NCBI RefSeq assembly: GCF_000143415.4
Contig: NW_003314356.1
Coordinates: 434,001-498,000, forward strand
Reading direction: 5' to 3'
DNA from: Selaginella moellendorffii
Lineage: Eukaryota; Plantae; Lycopodiophyta
Length of the DNA stretch: 64,000 nt
In this document: piece by piece, positions 39,843 through 53,614 of the stretch
Layout: each line of letters starts with the position of its first letter
Numbering within the stretch: the first letter of the stretch is position 1
Position numbers and translations under genes: made by a program
Notes under the pieces: generated by a model
Seen by the model: the letters and a program-made list of their open reading frames with translations, nothing else
Told to the model about the DNA's origin: nothing
The model's database searches: none

Positions 39843-41949
39843 CATTTATGGCAATATAAGGCCACACGCCATTCAAAGAATAATGCTCGACATAAGGCCA
39901 CACGCCATTCAAAGAATAATGCTAGTCGAGCATTTTTTGGTGCATTTTTGGGTTCAAAATTGCATGAGCCCACATGCTATAAAGTTTACCTGTACCAAAA
40001 ATAGAAACAGCTTTAATTGGGAATTTTAATTTACTTGGGAATTTAAGTGGTTGAGGCATTTTTAAACTTACAAACACATGCCCTACTTACATTCCTTTGG
40101 TTGCCTAAAATTCAAAAATATTATAAATCTTTCTTTTTGCATTTTCAATGTTTTCAATTATGGTTTTTGATTTTCGTAGGACCAGCCTAGTAATCTATTT
40201 GCATCACGTCATGTTTATAGCTAGCTTTCGTTTGTCCCCTTCGCTAGCCTGAGATACATCTGCTCGGCATCTGCCTCTTACAGCATTTGCCCAGAAAGGG
40301 CATCTTTCTTCACGCAGCATTTGCCACATGTTTAGGGTTTAGGGTTTAGCAATTCAGTAGCTTGATAAACATGCAAATACAGAACTTGATGCAAAATCCT
40401 TTGATATGTCACAATGCCCCTAGGACCATAAACACATTTCAATAGAGAGGGTCCTTTCATTTCATAACTCCTTACGTAAATCTTGGTGAAACCAGAGTTA
40501 GTGAAGTTAGTTTCTTGTGATCCCGCATCTGATTGTGATGTCCCTTTGCAGTTTCGATGGAAAGGTCAATGCACACCAAACTGTAAAATCTTGGAGCAAA
40601 ATAACGGTCGGATCTATGGCAAATGCCCCTGAAACATTGTAAGGCTCGTGTGGTCTCATGTGGTGTCCGATCGAGATGCTTCTTTGCAGGGTCATCAAGA
40701 AAGACATTGTATACCATTCTGTAAAATGTAGTTGCGATCTAACGGTTGGATCTCCAGAAAACTCAAAAAAATCTCGCGCATGTCAGAATATCCTAGGAAT
40801 ATACTCCTATGTGCCCCTGAAAATGGCATGCGGCCCCACGCCATTCAAGAGATAATGCCAGATGACGCCGAGAATTTTTTGGTGCATTTTTTGGGTTCAA
40901 AATTGCATGAGCCCACACGCTATAAAGTTTATCTTTGCCAAATAGAGAAAAGTTTATCTGTATCATGTGAGGTAGTTACAGTCCTTTGTGCTCGGCATCT
41001 GCCTCTTGCAGCATTTGCACTGAAAGGGAATTTTTCTCCATTCAGCATTTGGCCCTGAAAATGGCATGCGCCCACACGCCATTCAAGGAATAACGCCACA
41101 GGACGCCTGCATTTTTGGGTTTAAAATGTTTAGGGTTTTTTGGGTTTTTTCAAAATATTTTGGGTCCAACGTTTTTTGGGTTTCTTTGGTTCAAAATTGC
41201 ATGAGCCCACACGCTATAATATTGATTTGAGAGAAAAATAGAAACAGATAGAATTTCTTTATTTAGCTGAACATCTGCCATTTTTGGAAATACAAGATGC
41301 TTTGGAATATCCAATCATGCATGGTATAAATATAGCGAGGGTATTAAATGATATCCCAATCATGATCTTTCTTTTGGATTTCGCGTGCATGCAGTCCGAG
41401 GAATGATGACGTTGCGGATTTCTTTTGGATTTTGCGTGCTTGCATGCGCGCGGCAATCCAGAAATTAATGGTGGCGCCCAAGTCCGAGGAATGATGACGT
41501 GGCGGGATTACCAACCGTTGTGACATTTCGCGCGTGTGAGGTTAGGTTTTGCATTTTGCTTTGTACTCGCGCTCGCATCACACTCGCGCTCCCGCTCGCA
41601 TCACACTCGCGCTCCCGCTCGCATCGCGCTCCCACTCGCGATCACGCTCACTTCTCTACAGGTTTCTCGTGTGCATTGGCGTCCACTCGCGCTTGCATCA
41701 CACTCGCGCTCGCATTGCGCTCGTGTGCATCGGCGTCCACTTCAAGACACACCCAGTTTGTAACTTCGCCGCCAACTCCGCCGCCCACTCCACCACCCAC
41801 ACGCAGCCCACTTGGCGTCCCGGGAGATTTCAGCACCACTCTCCAACTGTAAGTGGCAGAGTAGCCTTGCTGCTACGATCCGCTGCACACACAGTGCACA
41901 TTCGCCAGCGAGTCCGGCCTCGATTGTCACGGCCTCCATTCGGCTTCAA

Positions 41950-44900
41950 ATGGTAAGTCTTTTAGACGAAGTAGAAAATGGCATGAGGCCACATGCCATT
42001 CAGTAGCAACATTGGCATGCACCGATTGGGCTCTCGAGTGCAGTCCGGTTACAGATGGCGTGTAGCCTCACGCCATCTTAGGATGCAGCCTCAAGACATC
42101 TGATGCAGTGGTGAATGGCGTGTGGCCTCACGTTATTTCCAGCTGCTAGCTTTTCATCTGTCAGCTCTAATTGTTGTGCATTTCTGAACAGGCGAGGAAT
42201 TGCGTTCTTCTTCCAACCACTGTTAATGTGGATGCAGAGAAGGGGGAGGGGCTCACCAGTTGGACTTTCGGGATGGAAGGCGAGGATCTGATGCTGTACA
42301 ACACAGATGGTGGGAGAAAAGAATGCATGGGGATCCTCATCCAAGTGATAGACACTCCATGCAGTTCCATGCAAGAATATGGACTGGCACTTGTGGTAGA
42401 GACAGCGTCCGCCTTCAAGATCCACCTTGCACATCCTAGCGGCTTCCCGGAGGGGGGCAGCGGCTATGAGGAATTCCTAGAGGGAGCTAGGGAGAGGTTG
42501 TCCAGGAGGCCCACAATTTCAAAGACGCTGCGGGTCTATGAAGATCACATGGAATCCACGGACCTCACCTATGGTGATGTTCAAAAACTATATTCCAACA
42601 TTGAGCCGTTGAGAGTGCCTCCAGTTTGCGAAGCGAAGGGGAAGGGGGTCGATCTGGAAACTACCCCGAAGCAGAAAAGGGTGGTCAAGCTCAAGCCGAC
42701 GTCCGACTCTGCTGCTCCAAAAAAGAAGCTACTCGGTGATGCCATTGCCTCAGGTTCGAACACTACACCCACCAAAAAGAAGAGCCGCAAAGAGCAGAAA
42801 GAGCAAGAAGAGGCAGCAAAAATCGTCGCAGATAATAGTACTTGTTACTATTCCAACAAAGTATATACAATCGACGTGAGCCGTATCGAGATCCAAAGCA
42901 AATACAACCACAGGCTAGTATCTGATGAGTGGGTGGAGAAACTGAAGCAGAAGATGCTGGCAAGTCCAGTAACACCCGACATCGCAGACGTGATCCCCTA
43001 CTACCGAACAATGAAGGGCGAGACGAGGTTTCCAGACTTGATCAATAGGAAGGTGTTGGACGATCAGAACATCCGGTTCTATGCCGTCTCCGGGCAGCAT
43101 TCTAGCTTGGCGATGCAACAGATAGTTGTGGATATTATGGTGGGCGAGGAGGTGAAGAAAGTCTTCAAGACAAGAGTTGTCCGCCTGATAAAAGGCAACT
43201 CGCCCCTCCGATCTATCATATACATCTCCCACGCGCAGAATGTCAAGCAAGAAACGTGCTACAAATCGGGTCTGCATGAGACATTGGCACGAACACGGAA
43301 GCTCTGGGTTCAATTGAAGAAGCCACAAAAACCAGGACAAGGACGTGCACTAGCAACTAGCGCCTGGCAGGTAAGCCTCGTTGCATGTGGCATAGCATGT
43401 GGCCTCACGCCATTTCCATTGCAGGAATTCTCGAGTCTTCTCTCGAAAACACTGGGGGTCAATGACACACTCAGCATCCATAACATTCTACTCGCGACAA
43501 AAGTTGTTTTTGACAAATGGGTAGATGTGCTAAGGAGGTACCATGACGGGGAGTTGCTAAACTCAATGGGTGTGGAGGACGGCCGGAACCCCAATGATTT
43601 GAAGCTCAACGCCTTGCGTTTCTCGCGGTCTCTAGATGACGACGACCTTCTGACAGTGGCTAATGCTCTTCTACGTGGTGAGGTAGTCTTCAACAAGACC
43701 AAAATGACTCCCGGCCATATTGTGACATACGAGGACTTGTGCACGACTCTGAGAGCTCGTGTGCTATTGAAGGATTGGATCTTCGAGCAAGTGGCCGTGG
43801 CGAGGGTGAGCATCGACACCACGCAAGAGATGATGGAAGAGCTGGACTTGTCAAATGAAGACATCGACGAGTACGTGAAGGGGGCCCCCAAGTTCATCGA
43901 TCTGCTGCGGGATGCCACGAAAAGTAAAGCTGAGAAGTTGGATCAGTATCCAAATTTCATTAAGAGGGATGTCGACCGCCGGCTTCAGAAACAGCTCGAC
44001 CCCGCAGCAGAGGCCTATCGAGAACCTTACCGGGTATACGTGAATTCGGATGAGGATCAAAGGTGGAGGAGCATCGTTTCCTACGGAGATGAGCAGGTCA
44101 AGAACATCTTTTGTGTGATGGACTTCACAAACGAGGAGATCACTCATGCAGACGAAGTCAGCTCCATCATTGACTTAATAGTGGGACTTGCGGAGGTGGA
44201 ATCTTCAGTCCACTATATGATCTACGACTCCGAATCCTATCACAAGTTCTGGAAGGCCTTGAACGAGGTGAAGGCTCAGTTGAAAGGCAAGGAGATGCGG
44301 GAGATCCATGGGATAATGGCTAAGAAGAAGATACCGACGAATGTCCGCATCTTCACAGTCGCCCTTGTTATTGGTCCTGCAGCAGAGTGGGACTGGAGTG
44401 ACTTCCCAGCTTCGTTCAACAAAGCCGATCGAATTGATCTGAGGGAGGTCAATTTACCCGTGCCTGAGGAACTGAAGACGGCTATGGAGCTTTCGAATCC
44501 AAAGAAAGCTCCAGGTGCAGCATGGAAAATGCTCAACTGGGTCTTCAATGCAATAGCGGGTGACTCCAAGGGCAAATGCGTTGTCGAGTACAACTGCGGC
44601 GGACTATTCTTTCGAGCCGCACTACTCAAGGGTGTCCCGTGTGTTGCGGTGACAAACTCCATTGAAGAGGTGACTTCAATGGAGCATATAATTACAGTTG
44701 CCAAAGAAAAACAGTATCTTCTCTACGAACCTGGTGAGTATGCACTTTAAGTTTAAATGTTATCTCACAAGCGGGTGGGTCACCTGCTTCCGACTCCAAG
44801 GGCAAATGCGTTGTCAAGTACAACTGCGGCGGACTATTCTTTCGAGCCGCACTACTCAAGGGTGTCCCGTGTGTTGCGGTGACAAACTCCATTGAAGAGG

Positions 44901-47757
44901 TGACTTCAATGGAGCATATAATTACAGTTGCCAAAGCAAAACAGTATCTTCTCTACGAACCTGGTGAGTACGCACTTTAAGTTTAAATGTTATCTCACAA
45001 GCTCTGTATGCAGTAGCGTGGCCACCCCCAGATGCTGAAACGGCGTTAACAGCTACTGATGTTAGGCCGAGGTCACAACCTGCACAAGGTAAGGTCACGT
45101 GAGGCCTCACACCATTTTGATTATAGATCGTTGTGAATATTCAGACACGAGGACTGAAAAACGCAGACAAGCAATAGGAAAAAAGGAGGTACAAATTATA
45201 TTTGCAATGGCGTGTGGTCTCATGCCATTCCTTGCAGGAGACACTTCTTCAAAGGCAAAACAGGCAAGCACCAGCCAAGCTCAAACTGACAGTGGTCATA
45301 AAAAGCGAAAGCACGTTGGACAGTCGTCGGGATCAGAGGCGTTTGATTCGAAAAGGAAGAAGGGCAACGAAAAGATGATAGGTAATGCCTCGCGGTTATG
45401 GCGTGTGTGCTCATGCCATTCATTGCAGATCAAGGGCTGAGTGAAAGGAGCCAATCACCACCTTCTGACTCAGATTCCTATGGCGGACTCCCCTTCCCCA
45501 ATCTCAATGGAGAGGTACAATGGATGAGGGATGCTTTTCAAGTCAGGGCCACATTTTTCTCATCTCGTCGTCTTCGAAGGGTGCAAGAACGTGCAGAAAC
45601 CATGTTAAGACAGTCGGGTGAGGATACGGTCCTAGGTCACGCACTAAAACAGGCTATGGATGTCTTGTATTTTGAGATGGAGACTCGGCCAGATGATTTT
45701 TCCAAGATGGTCCTGGAAAAACAAGCAATCCAGCCTAAGTAGCCTATGGAAGAAATGCAAGAGGGGGATGAGGAGCCAGAGAAAGATAATGAGCAGGAAG
45801 AGCAGAAGGACGAAGAGGAGGACAAAGAAGAGGAGGACGAAGAAGAGGAGGATGAAGAAAAGGAGGACGAAGAGGACTTGGATGGTCCTCACAATGGTGA
45901 CGATCACAATAACGACGATGACGATGATGACGACGATGGCCAGCCTGAGGTGGCCAAAGAGCAGCGGAGGAAGGTCATACAAGACAAACCATCAGGTAAA
46001 TAATAGTACATCCATTCCTAACCTTTTACCATTTCTAACATTGTCCATGTAGGTCGCAGAAGAAATGGTAAGTAGAGATTATTCAGTTGAATTAAGATAC
46101 AAACTCTAGCCTTTAGTGTCGAGGAAGGATAGTGCCAAGCAAGGGTCGAAACGTATGTCCAATCCTTCAGAATCAGCAGTGCGCCCAAGTGATATCGGTC
46201 CTAGTTCCTCAATAGCAGTTGATGGTAAATACAGTATAGTCGATTCAATGTGCTAATGAGTTTGTTTTTAGTAGCACGGGAGGATACCATCTCAATCGAA
46301 GGGAGATATTTGGACATGCATATGGATCCGCCAGTGGACTCTACTTGCCTGCAAGAGTCATCAGAGCTGGTGGAGGCTACTATCCATATCAACGCCAAGC
46401 AAGCTGACCACGCTCCACTTGATGCTGCCCATACCACTGAGTCAATCTTGTCCACGTATCCAACTGACGGTGACCAGGCGCCATTGGACCCGCATGAGGC
46501 CGCCCCAGCCGCCGAGCCGGTCGTATCCTCATTTCCAACGTGTGCCCAATCGTCTGACTACGCGCCGTTGGAACCTCCCTACACCGCCCCTGCTGCCTGT
46601 TCGGTCATGTCCACTTTGCCAACGGAGGCACCAGCTGAAATAGCGTGTGATCACACGCCATCGGAACCACCCCATGCCACTGTTGAGCCAGTTGTACCAG
46701 AGTCTACAGCTGAAATGGCATGTGCCCACACGCCATCGGATGCGATTGACCCCACATTGCAGAGGAGAGTATTTCCGCCCTTCACGTTTCCTCGACCAAA
46801 ACCCTCTGAACGACCATCGGGAGCACCATTCGCTAATATTGTAGATGGTAAAATTGACTTGTACCATTTTTTATGCTGACGCATTTCATTTCAGAGTCAC
46901 GGCGAAAGTACTGTATCGTTTTTGATCTGAACGGTGTCCTTTTCTCCCATGAGCGTGGCTCGTCCTCGAATGTCACTGCACCCTCCAAAGCCTTCGGTCG
47001 CAAGTTGGTCAAAAGAGACAGATTCACATTAATCACACGGGAGAAACTGCGGGATCTAATAATGACCATGCGACACTTAAAACAGAGGGCCGGGTTCAAT
47101 TTGCAATTGGGAGTTTGGACATCCATGATGCGCCACAATGCATTAACGTTGCTACAGATGATGCACGATCAGACGCGAGTAATATTACCATTTGACTTTC
47201 TCCTAACGCAGGAGGATTGCTTGACTATGGTCCATGTGAGGGGTAGCAAACCCATCTTCGTCAAGGCAGAGGCTGTAGTGATGAACCGGACTGTTAGGTC
47301 AAGTGAAATCCTCATCATCGATGACTCGCCGATTAAAACTGCAGCGAACACGCACACATATGCAGTGCACCCCATCTCTTGCAGTATGGAAACTAGGGAG
47401 AAGAAACCGTATGTTCTGGGGGACCTTGCAAAATGGCTTGAAGCGATGGTGATAGAGAACCGGCCAGTCCAGGAGGTGGCTGCAGAAATCAACCAAATGG
47501 CAGATGGAACGGTATATCAGAAGCCATTTGATCGGACAAACACCAGTCATCATTTATGGCATGTATATTGTCTAGCCAAGCACTATCCGCATCTCCATAA
47601 TCTGCTCAACCGGATGGGTTCTTCGACCACTGAACATGAGCGTGGACGTATTAGAGAAGAGATGGCATTACTATTGGGTTTAAATCCTGATAGTGTGGAG
47701 AGTGATGAAATTCCAAGATTATTGTATAGGCGTTGGAGGCAAAAAATAACAGTCTGA
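41950..47757 (+). pseudogene. Cargo gene, copy 2 (ParB-like / MTase-like / FCP1-like)
   Basis: ATG 41950-41952 then GTAAGT; intron to AG 42191; open through 44733. Lesions: 211-bp duplication (44562-44772 / 44792-45002), a frameshifting deletion near 45165, and TAG at 45740-45742. Confidence 0.8.
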
Positions 47758-48666
47758 GATGGCATGTATTTATTCAAAAATGTAACTTATTATGGCATGG
47801 GGTTCCATGCCATTGTATTAATATTAAAAGACAATTCTTTGAGAGGATTTGCATTATACTAGAAGTGTTATAGCATGTTATTGGAAGTCTACGAAGTTGT
47901 TTTATTAATAAGGGGAAAGTAAAGATTGAATGGGGACTTGGGCTCCACCTAGACTCGGAGCAACTGAGCCAATATTAAAAGGATGGAAAGAAATTGGACG
48001 ACGATGACAAGGAGAAAAGAGAGGTGAAGCAATGAGAAGTTATTGAGTAGACATTTCCTTGTTTAAAATAAAATGGCATGTGCCTCAATGCAGTTGAATT
48101 TTGTTATATTTATATACTATATAAAGGTTTGGAAACCTTATTTTACAAGTGGGATAATGACAATTCCCACTTTAACGAAATAGAGCTTTCTAGAACTGTT
48201 CCAAGTCACTCCCTTGGGCTGAATGCTCGGGAGTTGCTCTATGGACCAGTTCTATCACTCCTTGGCTCCATGCTTGGGAGTTTGGCACCGTTCCTTCGTT
48301 CAATGGCCCAAGGCTCTGAACCTCGGGTTCCACACGACTGTGCTTTGGACACATGGCATATGACACGTGGCATGTGCTACGTGGCATAAAGAAGGTTTAG
48401 GTTCCGCTTCATGGTGTTATCCTATGGTAAATCACCATAGGATAAAGGGTCAAAACCACATGTGCTACACAACCCCATACTAGGGCGTGGTGAGGGGAGG
48501 GGTATAGGGATACCTATATTCTATTGTCATGCGCTCTTGGCCAGAGAGGCTAACTTAGGCACACCGCTAAGTGCCAAGGATTCCCCCGAAAACACGGTCA
48601 AGAAGTCGTAAGATTAAAAAAATGCATTCTATATGGGCATTGAACTTCTTCTATAGGTAGTGGAGT

Positions 48667-49616
48667 TATAAGAAACCAACTCCCCAAGGTGTCAAAGGCT
48701 AAAAGATTCCCAAAAGCACAACCAAAATGATAAAGACTTCATCAAATGAGACTAAGTCCGAGATCGAGTCTGAGAGCAACTGTAAGACTGAGTTTGAGAC
48801 TGAGTCCGAGATCAAGTCCGAGGCCGACTCTGAAACTGATTTCAAGACCAAGTCCGAGACCGAGTTTGAGATCAAGTTCAAGACAAAGTCTGAGGTTGAA
48901 GTCCAAGACTAATACAGGTCGTGGGGTGAAGTCTTGAAGGAACTCTCTAGTGGTGCTTCCAAACTAACTTGAGGTTGAGACTAGGGTTGAGGGGCTTTGG
49001 GTGAAAGTGAGCATGGACTCAAGTGGTGCTAGAGGGGCCACCCAAGGAAGTGCTCAAGAGTAGTTCCCACTCCTGGAAGGGAAACCGATTGCAGTGCTCC
49101 CAGCTCATATGGAGTGGTGCCCCACTTGAGTACCTTGCGGCTCATTGGTCCTTGCCCTTTTTAGGAGCTTGGGCCTTTCCTTCAGAATGGAAGTGGGGGA
49201 GTAGGGGTACCCATACTGGGCTGTTAGGCCATAATGTTTCCCCTTGATGTCCCGAAGCAAGTGTTGCACCCAAGGCTTGGGATTTATAGGATCCCATGAT
49301 CAAGTCTTATTGTACCAATGGATGTTAAAAATTAAGAGGCTGGTGTGCTTAGTTGCTTGTGCTTGTGGGGAGTGCAACCAAACCTTAAGTCCAGTATAAC
49401 TCGGGAAGGGGGATTGGGAGAGAATTTGGGAATTCATGAATGGATAGCTAACACTTTATTACTCATGTAGTGAGTTGTTGAGACCAAGTAGGACCAAGTA
49501 GGAGCTGGTACAATAGGCAGGAACCTTGGCGAGAAAACTTAACTAAGGCCAAAGCCATGGTGGTCTAATAGACAAGGTAAGCTAGCAAATTGGAAAGGAA
49601 AAATTTGTGGCTTACA
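48667..49616 (+). repeat. Family-C 3' LTR
   Basis: Homologous to 5212-6242; preceded by GGTAGTGGAGT; ends GCTTACA followed by TSD TTTAT. Confidence 0.85.
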
Positions 49617-49678
49617 TTTATGCCCCCAAGGGATATATTTAACTTCTTTATTTTAATAAATTGTCTTGGTTAGTTAAG

Positions 49679-51266
49679 TGTAAGTGAATAATTTTTCCAT
49701 TCTACTTTAGTCACTTAACCGCACCTTCGACCACTTGGAGGAGTCTCATTCACAACCTCTATAAGTCCCATTCAGAACTTGGGGCTTGCTAGCCCCGCGA
49801 ATGGCACCCACGCCACTCAACTTTTGCACTTGGTCCAAGTGCTCCACATGTCCGATCCCATGACCGACACCCCAAGGTACCACTGACATACCAACCCATT
49901 ATGCTAGGCCATGCCCATTCACCTTGGTCACATTGGTGGTCCAACATCACCTGCATTACAATCCTGTCTCTCAAAGACTAAGCCATCCCTCCATGAGTGG
50001 CTATCCCAGATCCACTCCATAGCATCCTCAAGATGTCTGCAGACATGGGGAATAGCCTTCCCCAATGTCTCCTTTTCGGTCCCCACCAAGTCTCTTCCTG
50101 TCCCTGGCTGTGTTCACCAACACTGCCACTGGATCAAGGCCCACAGGCCCGACCACTAAGTCTAACTGTCATTTAGGACTTCCTCACTGTGTGACTGTGT
50201 CCCTTGTCACCACACTAGAGGGCTACTCCTCTTCCTTTCCACAGTCTGGGACTTTGGGGCAACATTTCGAAACACCGTGGCCCTACGCGGGCCTCGTGGG
50301 TACTCTCCTCGCCTTCTACCTTTGGGTGCTCTAGCCATGGGCTTAGAGCGAGGTTCCGTTGAGCCATACCAGGTATCCAAGTAGGTAGTGCCACCCACAC
50401 TTGGACTGGGAGCATCGGCCAGTCGATCTCCCGGAGGAACTAGAGCTAGCTCTTGAACACTTCACCAAGCTACCCCGCTTGTCGGTTTGTATTCACTCTT
50501 GTCTTGGATTTCCCAGTGGGCAGCTCATCACCCAACACTGGGTCTGGCCTTCCTGGGCCAAACTGGCCTTTCCTGGCCAAACTGGCTCCACTGTAGTCCT
50601 CCCCCTTACTATACTTTTGGAGCTCACCAAACCCCCCAGGGTCTGGGAGACGAACGCTTTGGGCTTTCACCCTCTCAGACTCGGACTCGGACTCGGACTC
50701 GGACTCGGACTCGGACTCGGACTCGAACTCGGCCTCGGCCTCGGCCTTGGTCCCGATCCTGGTCTCGGTCTCGGTCTCAGTCTCGGTCCCGGTCTTGGTT
50801 TCGACCTCGGACTCCATCTCGGGTCCTTCTCGGACTCCATCTCGGACTCCATCTCGGACTCGACATCGGACTCCAACTCGGGTCCATCTCGGACTCCATC
50901 TCGGACTCCACCTTGGACTCCAACTCGGGTCCATCTCGGACTCCACCTTGGACTCCACCTTGGACTCCACCTCGGGTCCATCTCGGACTCCACCTCGGAC
51001 TCCACCTCGGGTCCATCTCGGACTCCATCTCGGACACTTTCACGTGTCATGTGTTGGTCCTTTTGGGTCCCTTTTTGGAGCCTTGCTTATTGCTTGCTTC
51101 ATGCTCATTCCTTGAGCACTCCGTTGGGAGTTCCACTCCTGCTCTCAACCTTTCAAGTTGGAGCCTTTTAGTCCAAACATGTTACACTTGTTTGGCTTTT
51201 GCTTCGGCCACTACCACGTGGCACCCTTTCGGCTCCACTTTGGGGCTTAGGGATTTGTGTCTCACA
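49679..51266 (-). repeat. Family-A solo LTR
   Basis: TGTAAG...TCTCACA, flanked by TTAAG/TTAAC (TSD with one mismatch); hexamer array 50677-51035. Confidence 0.8.
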
Positions 51267-52254
51267 TTAACTTCTACCAATCCAATCAATTAGGTTGCAC
51301 CTTTTGCTTAGTTGTCTCATAGTTGTCAAGTCCTACAACTTATTGCTGGTGCTTCTACACCTCCATCATGATTTGGGTCGCCACACTTTAATTGCATGCC
51401 TTTTAGCTTAAGCTATACCATTCCCATTTCCATTGGGATTTCTTTGATAAGGGGTTCTCATGAACCTGCTAACTTGACCTCAATGCATCACACTTTGGCA
51501 TATTTGGTGTCTCCACACCATCAACTCTACAAGCCTCCCTTTACAACACTTTTCATTTGTGTCTAAGTCTTTGCCAAAACCAAAATAATCGTTTTCTCAT
51601 GCCAACTATCAGTTAGCACTACATTATAGTGTTCACACACAACTCTGTGCTAAACTTGTTTTCTTTGGGAACACCTTTCCCACAACTTTAGTATGACACA
51701 TTCTGCCATCAATGAGATACCCATTATTCTTATATTTGGATCTTATGATCCTCCCTGTCCCTTGTACCATACAACACACCTCAATCCAAATGTTTTCATC
51801 AATCCTTTAGGACCATTCCTTAACTCCACTCAAGTCATCCAACTTTTTGGACTTTTGCTAATTTGATAACCTTTAAGGTCATAACCTCCTAGCTATTTTT
51901 GAGGTGCTAATTCATTAGAATACATCTCCTTGTATTCATATCCTACTTACAAGGATCATTTTTGCATATGTTACTTCAACATTTGATTATTTTTCGTTTC
52001 TTGTGGGCTACTTTTGCCTTTTAGGACTATTTGTCCACATGATAAGAATACCAACTCATCCTCTAAGTACACCCCCAACTCCTTGGATTTGTTATAGCAA
52101 TTATAAAAGGTAGCCCTCACTACCATTTTAAGGACTCGTGTCCTCATCCGTATTTAACCTCTCACGGTCACTAATTTTAGTCTCAAATTCATGAGCACCA
52201 ACTTCAACTGTATGAGGATAATCTTATGACTCCTTTATTGGTTTTGAGTCACAA

Positions 52255-53614
52255 CCTTTATAAGTTCTATTATAGACTTAGGCTTATTAGCCCTAAGAAT
52301 GGTATCCATACCACTTAACCTTTGCACTTGGTCTAAATGTTCTATTTGTTCAATCATATAACCCACACCCAAAGGTACCACCAACATATTAGCCCATTAT
52401 GCTAAAGCCATGCTCATTCACCTTTATCACATTAGTGGTCTAACACCACCTACATCATAATCTTGTCTCTCAGAGAGTGAGCCATTCGTCCATACATGAT
52501 CATCCTACATCCACTCCTTAGCATCCTTAAGATGCCACAGACATAAGGAACAACTTTCCCCAATATCCCTTTTATAGTCCCCACTAAGTCCCTTTTTTAT
52601 TGTTTATGGCCATGTTCACCAACACTGCCACTAAGTCAAGGCCCACAGGCCTGACCACCATATCCCAATATCCTATGGGATTTCCTCACCACATGACTGT
52701 ATCTTAAGTCACTACACTAGAGGATTGCTCCTCTTCCTTTCCACAATCTGGGACTTTGGGACAATATTTTGGAACACCATGGCCTTACACTAGCCTCACG
52801 GGTACTCTCCCCACCTTCCACCTTTGGGTGCTCTAGCCATGGGCTAGAGTGAGGTTCCTTTGAGCCATGCCAAGTATCCAAGTAGGTAGTGCCACCCATG
52901 CTTGGACTGGGAGTATTGACCATTCGATCTCCTAGGGGAACTAGAGTCAGCTCTTAAACATTTCACCAAGCTGCCCTACTTGTTAGTCTATATTCACTTT
53001 AACTTTGGACTCCTCAGTGAATATATCATCACCCAACACACATGGGCATAGCCTTCTTAGATCACACTGGCCTTTCCTGGCCAAACTGGCTTCACTGGGT
53101 CTAACCCCCACACTCTCCCTACTATACATTTTAGGCTTTCACCCAACAGCCTGTATAGTATTTGGACTTGGACTTGGACTCGGACTCGGACTCAGACTCC
53201 GACTCAGACTTGGTCTCAAACTCGGACTCGGTCTTGGTATCGAACTCGAACTCGGTCTTGGTCTCGAACTCAGTTTTGGTCTCGATCTCAGTCTTGGTCT
53301 CGGTCTCGGGTCCATCTCGGACTTTGTCCCAGACTCCATCTCAGACTCCCTCTAGAACTCCTTCTTGGGTTTGTCTCGGGTCCATCTTGACACTCATGTG
53401 TTGGTCTTCTTGTGTTCCTTTTCTACAAACTCGCTTACTGCTTGCTTCATACTCATTCCTTAAGCTCTTCATTGAGAGTTCCAGTCCCACTCTCGATTAT
53501 CTAAATTAGAGCTTGTAGTCCAAACATGTTACTCTCATTTGGCTTCTACATCAGCCAGTACCATGTGTCACCCTTTTGCTTCCACTTTTGGGGCTCTAGG
53601 ATTTGTGTCTCGTA
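52255..53614 (-). repeat. Older degenerate family-A 5' LTR
   Basis: Homologous to 38150-39842. The adjoining 51270-52240 matches the A interior at 36780-37745. Confidence 0.75.

Larger units (their letters stand above)
33367..48188 (-). mobile_element. Sola-like TIR DNA transposon, copy 2 (inverted; transposase largely deleted)
   Basis: TIRs 33367-33390 (ATGCTCT..., one mismatch) and 48165-48188. TSD TCTA (33363-33366, 48189-48192). The empty site with a single TCTA is in the sister LTR at ~9680-9700. Confidence 0.92.
8767..48469 (+). mobile_element. Family-D non-autonomous (LARD-like) LTR element, ~7.3 kb without its insertions
   Basis: 5' LTR 8767-9706 plus 13590-13865; PBS TGGTATTAGAG 13868-13878; ORF-less interior; PPT GGGGGGAAGAG 32509-32519; 3' LTR 32520-33366 plus 48193-48469. 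TG...CA ends. TSD TAACC/CAACC (one mismatch). Confidence 0.8.
5212..49616 (+). mobile_element. Family-C chromovirus-type Ty3/Gypsy element (decayed; hosts ~40 kb of nested insertions)
   Basis: 5' LTR 5212-6242, PBS 6246-6257, gag/protease, chromodomain 8158-8520, PPT ~48656-48666, 3' LTR 48667-49616. TSD TTTAT at 5207-5211 and 49617-49621. The joined flanks match the empty site near 36715-36735. Confidence 0.85.

Noticed and set aside
38803-40004. Long SD-, RS- and LG-repeat ORFs (also 50401-51293, 60865-61698, 62834-63995) resembling Sdr adhesins or SR proteins
   Set aside because: They are translations of a stop-free hexamer array inside LTRs and are open in several frames at once.
17907-48188. 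Assembly fold-back artefact explaining the large inverted repeat
   Set aside because: The copies have different TSDs, independent empty sites and private indels and substitutions.
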